This document shows, one piece after another, positions 59,701 through 64,000 of a stretch of 64,000 nucleotides of DNA (positions are counted from its first letter, which is position 1; each line of letters begins with the position of its first letter). The notes under the pieces are model-generated. The model ran no database searches, had not been told where the DNA came from, and saw nothing but the letters and a program-made list of their open reading frames with translations. The DNA is from a virus. Location: the IMG/VR virus record IMGVR_UViG_3300044971_004534; one strand, 5' to 3'. The position numbers and the translations under genes are program-made.

Positions 59701-59762
59701 ACGGAACATCAGTAAAAAGCGAAATAGCCGAGTGGAGAAGGCCAACAGGTCCGCCGCTATAA
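47778..59762 (+). CDS. 3994-aa mosaic structural/adhesin-like protein (vWA-like, LamG, FN3-like, Kelch, PPC, discoidin-like)
   Basis: This is an uninterrupted 3994-codon frame, and embedded alternative ORFs are all under 90 codons. Domain motifs are listed as sub-features. Confidence 0.9.
   Translation: [3994 protein letters not shown]
49050..49215 (+). other. vWA-like N-terminal half with a MIDAS DxSxS motif
   Basis: [47 protein letters not shown] matches beta1 (DxSxS), alpha1 and beta2 of vWA domains. The match then breaks off into an FN3-like segment ([21 protein letters not shown]). Confidence 0.5.
49740..50235 (+). other. LamG / concanavalin-A-like domain
   Basis: The matching segment is [15 protein letters not shown]...LSLWIYLF...[26 protein letters not shown]...[22 protein letters not shown]. 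Confidence 0.7.
54130..55390 (+). other. Kelch-repeat propeller (about 6 blades)
   Basis: The blade cores are [55 protein letters not shown] and [11 protein letters not shown]. Intervening W residues (RWTTA, TWLSL, SWSVS) are present. Confidence 0.75.
56095..56450 (+). other. PPC (bacterial pre-peptidase C-terminal)-like domain
   Basis: The matching segment is [27 protein letters not shown]...[10 protein letters not shown]...[10 protein letters not shown]. This has the typical D.D.y.F....G.y.i.v ... G.Y.l pattern. Confidence 0.6.
56466..56583 (+). repeat. Poly-Ser linker (two Ser runs split by NQGGNG)
   Basis: These are in-frame AGC/TCT/AGT tandem-like repeats (AGCTCTAGTAGC units) translating as [39 protein letters not shown]. 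Confidence 0.95.
56928..56975 (+). repeat. Poly-Ser linker (16 Ser) from a 12-nt tandem repeat
   Basis: AGTTCTAGCTCA occurs 3 times, followed by AGTTCTAGCAGT, all in frame. Confidence 0.95.
57290..57640 (+). other. vWA-like C-terminal half
   Basis: The segment is [20 protein letters not shown]...[15 protein letters not shown]...VKVNSFNIS...[14 protein letters not shown]. It resembles the alpha3 to beta6 part of vWA domains (..T.l..al..A, iiLlTDG..n, v.v..igig, la..tGG.y). Confidence 0.4.
57690..57910 (+). other. Discoidin/F5-8 type C-like (galactose-binding-like) segment
   Basis: [18 protein letters not shown]...[12 protein letters not shown] resembles the v.yS.DG..W......aRYvRi ending of discoidin domains. 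Confidence 0.4.
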
Positions 59763-59784
59763 TAAAGAATTACGATAAAGCAGT

Positions 59785-60510
59785 ATGAATTTGTTAATTG
59801 GCATATTGCAATATAATAAATATAATGTTACGTTAAAATGTATAGAGTCTATAGAAGCTTTTACGGGCTCTGTAGACTATACAATTTATTTATTAGATAA
59901 TAATTCCTATGACGGAAGTTTTGATCACATCAAAAATACATGCTCGTCTAAAAACAATATTGTTTTAGAAAAAAGCGAAACCAATAAGGGTGTTATAGGT
60001 GGCAGAAACGCTATATTTGAATATTTTAATCTTCATCAAAATTATACTCATTTGTTATTTATTGATAACGATCAATTTGTAAAAGACAAATGGATTGATG
60101 GATACATTGAAATATTTAAGAAATCACCTAATGCTATATGTGGTATAGAAGCATGGATACTGTCTAGCAACTTTACTCCATTGAGAAAATGTTCAGAAAA
60201 AGATTTTGGTTTTTCTTATGTTGGTTGCGGTGGCATGATGGTGTCTAGAGAAGCTTTTAACTCTATAGGTAAATTTGACGATGATTTTAATCCGGCTTAC
60301 TTTGAAGATCCAGATTATTGCTTAAGAGCTTTCTTTGAAAAAATTCCTGTTATATGGAATAGGGTTTCAAGAATTGATCATCTTCCTCATCAAACGCTTG
60401 GTCAAAGATCATTAAAAGCTGGTTTATCTTTTAGAAAATCCTTAAATGCGTTCAGGCAAAAATGGAAAGGCAAGTTTGGTGGTGGTATTATTTTTAGAGA
60501 TAATTTATGA
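59785..60510 (+). CDS. Family 2 glycosyltransferase (GT-A fold)
   Basis: The motifs are IYLLDNNSYDGS, the DxD-like LFIDNDQF, and GCGGMMVSREAFNSIGKFDDDFNPAYFEDPDYCLRA. The last is typical of GT2 (gg..l.rr..f..iGgfDe.f...yEDvDlclR). Confidence 0.85.
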   Translation: MNLLIGILQYNKYNVTLKCIESIEAFTGSVDYTIYLLDNNSYDGSFDHIKNTCSSKNNIVLEKSETNKGVIGGRNAIFEYFNLHQNYTHLLFIDNDQFVKDKWIDGYIEIFKKSPNAICGIEAWILSSNFTPLRKCSEKDFGFSYVGCGGMMVSREAFNSIGKFDDDFNPAYFEDPDYCLRAFFEKIPVIWNRVSRIDHLPHQTLGQRSLKAGLSFRKSLNAFRQKWKGKFGGGIIFRDNL

Positions 60511-61583
60511 AAAAAACTTGCATACTTTCTAACCATATATATCCATTTCATGTAGGCGGTTCTGAGATGGTTATAAAAAACGTAACAGAAAATCTTTTTG
60601 AAAAAGGTATTGTTGTAGACATTTTTGGGTGGGACGTTCCTCGTGATGATGTTGTAAATAATATTAAAATAAACAAAATGTCAATAGAAAGAATAAGAAG
60701 TATTCTTTCGACGTATGATAATATTATTGTATATAGCGATGCATTTATTAATTTAATTCATTTATTAAAAATGAATTCTATGTTCAATAAAAAAATTATT
60801 ATTTTTCCTGTTGGATTTACGGGCATAAAGTCAAGTTCTGCTTTAAAAGAAATGGTCATAAAAAATATTGATAAGTTACATTTTGTATGTCACGATTCAA
60901 GTTATGTAGATGCTAAATTTTTAAATGAGAATAGTATAACATACGACATAATTCCTAATGGGGTTTGCCAGAAAGAATTTAAATTTACTAATAAACTTTT
61001 GTCTAGTAATTTAAGGAAGAAAATTGTATGTGTTGCAAACACTTTTCCCAAAAAGGGACACGCAGAACTTTTGCAAGTTTGTGATTTGTTGTCTAAAGAA
61101 TTAGAATTAGAGCTTGAAGTATTTTGCCACACTCCATCTTGGGATGTTGGCAAGCGTCTTCAAAATCAATTGTTACAATTTTGTAAATCAAAAAATTATA
61201 AAGTAAGCTTCCAAATTGACAAATCTAGATCAGATATTATTAAAGGTTTGGAATCTAGTGATTTATTTTTGTTTTGTTCTTTAAAAGAAGTTGCACCTTT
61301 GTGCATTATTGAAAGTGCTGCTGCTGGTTTACCATGGATATCTTTTAATGTAGGAAATGTTAGCCAGGTAAAAGGTGGATTGGTAAATGAGTCGTGTCAA
61401 TATGATCAAGGTGGATACGTTATTCCAAGTCCATCTTTGATTGAATCTCATGCAAAATTGGCTGTAAATATTTTGAGCAATGAAGACACATATAATCAAA
61501 TGTCATTTGATGGAGTATGTTTTGCTAAGCAGTTTACTTGGCAAGTTATAGTGGAAAAGTATGCATCAATTATACAAAATTAA
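60507..61583 (+). CDS. GT-B fold glycosyltransferase (GT4-like)
   Basis: The ATGA overlap joins it to the upstream gene. The EX7E motif EVAPLCIIE is followed by SAAAGLPWISFNVGNV, which is typical of GT4 (E.fg...lEAma.G.Pvi......g). Confidence 0.8.
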   Translation: MKKTCILSNHIYPFHVGGSEMVIKNVTENLFEKGIVVDIFGWDVPRDDVVNNIKINKMSIERIRSILSTYDNIIVYSDAFINLIHLLKMNSMFNKKIIIFPVGFTGIKSSSALKEMVIKNIDKLHFVCHDSSYVDAKFLNENSITYDIIPNGVCQKEFKFTNKLLSSNLRKKIVCVANTFPKKGHAELLQVCDLLSKELELELEVFCHTPSWDVGKRLQNQLLQFCKSKNYKVSFQIDKSRSDIIKGLESSDLFLFCSLKEVAPLCIIESAAAGLPWISFNVGNVSQVKGGLVNESCQYDQGGYVIPSPSLIESHAKLAVNILSNEDTYNQMSFDGVCFAKQFTWQVIVEKYASIIQN

Positions 61584-62352
61584 ATCTAATTTAAAAAAAC
61601 AAGATCATGATGTATGCGTAATATGTTGTGCAAAAAATGGTGCTATATACGCAAAAGAATGTTTAGAGTCAATAGTAAATCAAAAATCTTGTAATTTTAA
61701 ATTGATGATTCTTGATGATGGTTCTGACGACAGTACTACTCAAGTCTGCCTTGACATATTGAGTAATGACTTAATTGATTACGAAATATATCGATCTCAT
61801 ATCAATATTGGTGTTCCTGCAGCAAGAAACGCTCTTATAAATATCTGCACATCAAAATATATAGCTATTCATGATATTGATGATATAATGATGCCTTTTA
61901 GATTATGTATTCAAAGCAATTTTTTAAACCAGTTTTTAGACATTGACTGTGTTGGTGGCCACGCTTATAAGATTAACGTGGATGGCGACTTCGTTGACAC
62001 AATGTCTTATCCTCCAAGAGATAATGCCGATATAGTTGATATGCTTCCTGGAAGGGTTAATCCGATGATTGATCCAACGATGATGATGCGACTTAGTTCT
62101 TTCAAAAAAATGAATGGCTATTCAGAAAATGAAAACTTGAGACTTGCTCAGGACTTTGATTTGTGGATTAGAATGTGCAAATCTGGCATGAAGCTGGCAA
62201 ACATTCAATCTTTTTTTACTCAATATAGAGTTTCAGATTCTAGTCTGACTGTATCAAAAAAGAATGAGATGATTAAAGCGCATGTGTATGTGCAGTCTGT
62301 GCACAGACCTTTTTTAGAAAATATTAGGAGAAACAATGGCAAAAGCAAATAG
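61561..62352 (+). CDS. Family 2 glycosyltransferase (GT-A fold)
   Basis: The motifs are VCVICCAKNGAIYAKECLESIVNQ...KLMILDDGSDDST and IAIHDIDDIMMPFRL (DxD). The ATG overlaps the upstream gene by 23 nt, so the true start is uncertain. Confidence 0.8.
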   Translation: MHQLYKIKSNLKKQDHDVCVICCAKNGAIYAKECLESIVNQKSCNFKLMILDDGSDDSTTQVCLDILSNDLIDYEIYRSHINIGVPAARNALINICTSKYIAIHDIDDIMMPFRLCIQSNFLNQFLDIDCVGGHAYKINVDGDFVDTMSYPPRDNADIVDMLPGRVNPMIDPTMMMRLSSFKKMNGYSENENLRLAQDFDLWIRMCKSGMKLANIQSFFTQYRVSDSSLTVSKKNEMIKAHVYVQSVHRPFLENIRRNNGKSK

Positions 62353-63556
62353 CAAAACAGCTGCCGATGGCGGATCTGAGAGTGGCTCTTGGAGTGTAGA
62401 AGATTTAGAGTATTTATATCTTGCTAAGATGCAGGGGGTTCCCTATGCGGTGATCGCAGAAGAGCTGAAAAGGTCTGTAGAAGCTTGCAAGAGCAAATGG
62501 CTTAAGCACGACTGGGATTCATCTGGCATAGCTGACATTGTTCTTGAAAGAAATGCAAAAGCAAAAAGAGCAGCATTTGAACAAAAGCATATGAAGTCTG
62601 TTGAAGATAGGCTTAGTATGTATAGAATGCGATACGACATTATTGCAGATCGCATGGAAAAGGCAATAGATAAATTGCCAGAAATTAAAAGATGCAATTG
62701 GAATCCCCCAAAGAGAAAGGTTCATCGTGGAGAAGAGCATGTTGGGCTGATACTGAGCGACCTTCATATTGGGCATTCACACTCAATGGAAGAGACTGGA
62801 GGGTTATCTGAATATAATCTAGATATATTTATTAAAAGACTTCACTCTTTGCAGAAAAGTGTTTCTGATATTTATGAGCTTCATAGTTATCTTTATGAAT
62901 TGCCAACTTTACACATATTTTGTCTTGGTGATATCGTAGATGGAAGCAATGCTGCAGGTGCTTGGTCTCCAGTCTATATTGATACGCCAGTTTATGACCA
63001 GTTGATGCTTGGGTTTGAGCACTTGTCTCAAAGCATACAGTATCTTTTGACAATTTTTAAGAACATTAAATTCTATGGAGTTCGAGGAAATCACGGACGC
63101 ATTGCACCAAATGGTGTTGAAAAAGATTATGCAAACTGGGACAATGTAATATATCACATGTTGCGTGTCAAATTTGCAGATAATCCGCGTATCGAATTTA
63201 ATATACCAAAAACTTGGTGGATTATGGAAAACATAAAAGAGCACAATTTCTTATTAGTTCACGGCGACGATGTAAGAGGTAGTGGAAATGCTATTAAAAA
63301 TCTTGAAAGATTTTCTGCCAGTATGTCTGGCATGCTAAAAGCAAGGCCTGATTACACAATATGTGGTCACTTTCACGAATCTACCGAATTGACTTCTAAC
63401 TTTGGCAAAATGATCATAAATGGTTCTTTTGTCGGTGCTGACGTATATGCCATAAAAAACCTACATAAGTATAGCAGGCCAGAACAGAAGATTTTTGGTA
63501 TTAATAATAGTCATGGAGTGACATGGCGTTATGATCTTGACTTGGGACACATGTAA
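62336..63556 (+). CDS. Calcineurin-like metallophosphoesterase with an N-terminal SANT/Myb-like segment
   Basis: A strong SD (AGGAG, 62325-62329) precedes the ATG. The full phosphoesterase motif set is present in order: LSDLHIGH, GDIVDG, RGNHGR, LVHGDD and CGHFHE. The N-terminus WSVEDLEYLYLAKMQGVPYAVIAEELKRSVEACKSKWLKH resembles a SANT/Myb helix-turn-helix repeat. Confidence 0.8.
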   Translation: MAKANSKTAADGGSESGSWSVEDLEYLYLAKMQGVPYAVIAEELKRSVEACKSKWLKHDWDSSGIADIVLERNAKAKRAAFEQKHMKSVEDRLSMYRMRYDIIADRMEKAIDKLPEIKRCNWNPPKRKVHRGEEHVGLILSDLHIGHSHSMEETGGLSEYNLDIFIKRLHSLQKSVSDIYELHSYLYELPTLHIFCLGDIVDGSNAAGAWSPVYIDTPVYDQLMLGFEHLSQSIQYLLTIFKNIKFYGVRGNHGRIAPNGVEKDYANWDNVIYHMLRVKFADNPRIEFNIPKTWWIMENIKEHNFLLVHGDDVRGSGNAIKNLERFSASMSGMLKARPDYTICGHFHESTELTSNFGKMIINGSFVGADVYAIKNLHKYSRPEQKIFGINNSHGVTWRYDLDLGHM

Positions 63557-64000
63557 TGTTAAACATACCTGATTGGGCTCACAATTTTATGAAAAAAAGG
63601 GAATGTCCCCATTGCTCTAATTCAATGAGGGATGCTACAATAGTCCAAGTTGGCATAAAGATGCAGGACAAAAAGCCTTGCTTGTTTTACGAAAGCAAGT
63701 GCAAGTTTTGTAATAAAGTTTCTCATACCACAATTTATACAGATGCAAACCTTTCTGCATATCAATTAGCTGCAGAGATTCTCAATAGTTTTGACGAAGA
63801 CTCTTTAGTTGTTGAACACTCAAAGGTGGGATCTGCTAAAAAGAAAAAAAGTAAAATGGCAGGTTTTGAAAAAGACTTTTTAAAGTTAAAAAGTTTTATG
63901 AAAAATAATGACAATTACTTAGAATTTTTAAAATACGTAGGTTTAACAGACGCAGAAATAGAAATGTATGCAAGATGGGACAATAACGAAAATGAAGACA
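63556..64000 (+). CDS. Small zinc-ribbon-like hypothetical protein, 3' truncated by the window edge (absent from the ORF track)
   Basis: ATG 63556 overlaps the upstream stop (TAATG). I translated the frame by hand and found no stop through nt 64000 (148 codons: MLNIPDWAHNFMKKRECPHCSNS...CKFCNKV...KKKKSKMAGFEKDFLKLK...). The CPHC...CKFC pair suggests a Zn ribbon. Confidence 0.55.
   Translation, partial: MLNIPDWAHNFMKKRECPHCSNSMRDATIVQVGIKMQDKKPCLFYESKCKFCNKVSHTTIYTDANLSAYQLAAEILNSFDEDSLVVEHSKVGSAKKKKSKMAGFEKDFLKLKSFMKNNDNYLEFLKYVGLTDAEIEMYARWDNNENED

Noticed and set aside
22838-59785. T4-type late promoters (TATAAATA) at the few intergenic gaps
   Set aside because: Only near-matches are present (TATAAT at 22840 and TATAATAAA at about 59758). 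In DNA this AT-rich such strings are expected by chance, so I kept only a low-confidence regulatory feature at 22838-22894.
1079-63244. All other minus-strand ORFs in the track (60-131 aa)
   Set aside because: Each is embedded in a far longer + strand ORF. They are short, have I/L/F/K/N-rich translations typical of antisense AT-rich coding DNA, lack recognisable motifs and are never arranged as an operon.
1-64000. Assignment to a specific known phage lineage (for example T4-like marine cyanophage with LPS/glycosyltransferase genes) or to gene names such as baseplate wedge or tail fibre gp numbers
   Set aside because: The architecture is reminiscent of such phages. However, I recognise no diagnostic conserved protein (capsid, terminase, sheath, gp-numbered baseplate proteins) in the window and cannot run a search, so no gene symbols were assigned.
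1-64000. A cohesin partner for the dockerin-like modules, RHS/YD or other polymorphic-toxin elements, and mobile-element genes or tRNA/ncRNA genes
   Set aside because: I saw no sequence resembling cohesin signatures, YD repeats, integrase/transposase motifs or cloverleaf-capable non-coding stretches. Non-coding DNA totals only about 110 nt.

Overview
This is a visibly AT-rich 64-kb window with a single polarity. All 18 credible CDSs lie on the + strand, and two of them are cut by the window edges. Genes are packed almost without intergenic DNA (largest gap 57 nt, 22838-22894) and are often joined by stop/start overlaps (TAATG, ATGA). I see no rRNA, tRNA, CRISPR, integrase, transposase or housekeeping genes. 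The window is dominated by very large domain-mosaic proteins. These are a 757+ aa propeller protein, an 1848-aa FN3/propeller protein, a 1249-aa unknown, three tandem paralogues (1218/860/565 aa) sharing an N-terminal module, a 7798-aa ORF (23.4 kb, about 37% of the window) and a 3994-aa ORF (12 kb). By-eye motif matches in the 7798-aa ORF are two parallel beta-helix (pectate-lyase-fold) segments, three paralogous GH42-like three-domain modules, an SGNH/SASA-type esterase, an RCC1-like propeller and three Cys-bracketed dockerin-like modules. The dockerin-like modules are set between poly-Ser linkers encoded by perfect tandem DNA repeats. The 3994-aa ORF shows vWA-like fragments, LamG, FN3-like, Kelch, PPC and discoidin-like segments. 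The block ends with three glycosyltransferases (GT2, GT4, GT2), a SANT-like/metallophosphoesterase fusion and a small zinc-ribbon ORF. The organisation best fits the host-recognition/structural module of a large tailed phage of an AT-rich host, but a bacterial giant-adhesin island cannot be excluded from sequence alone. All domain calls are motif recognition by eye, with no database search, and all domain boundaries are approximate.
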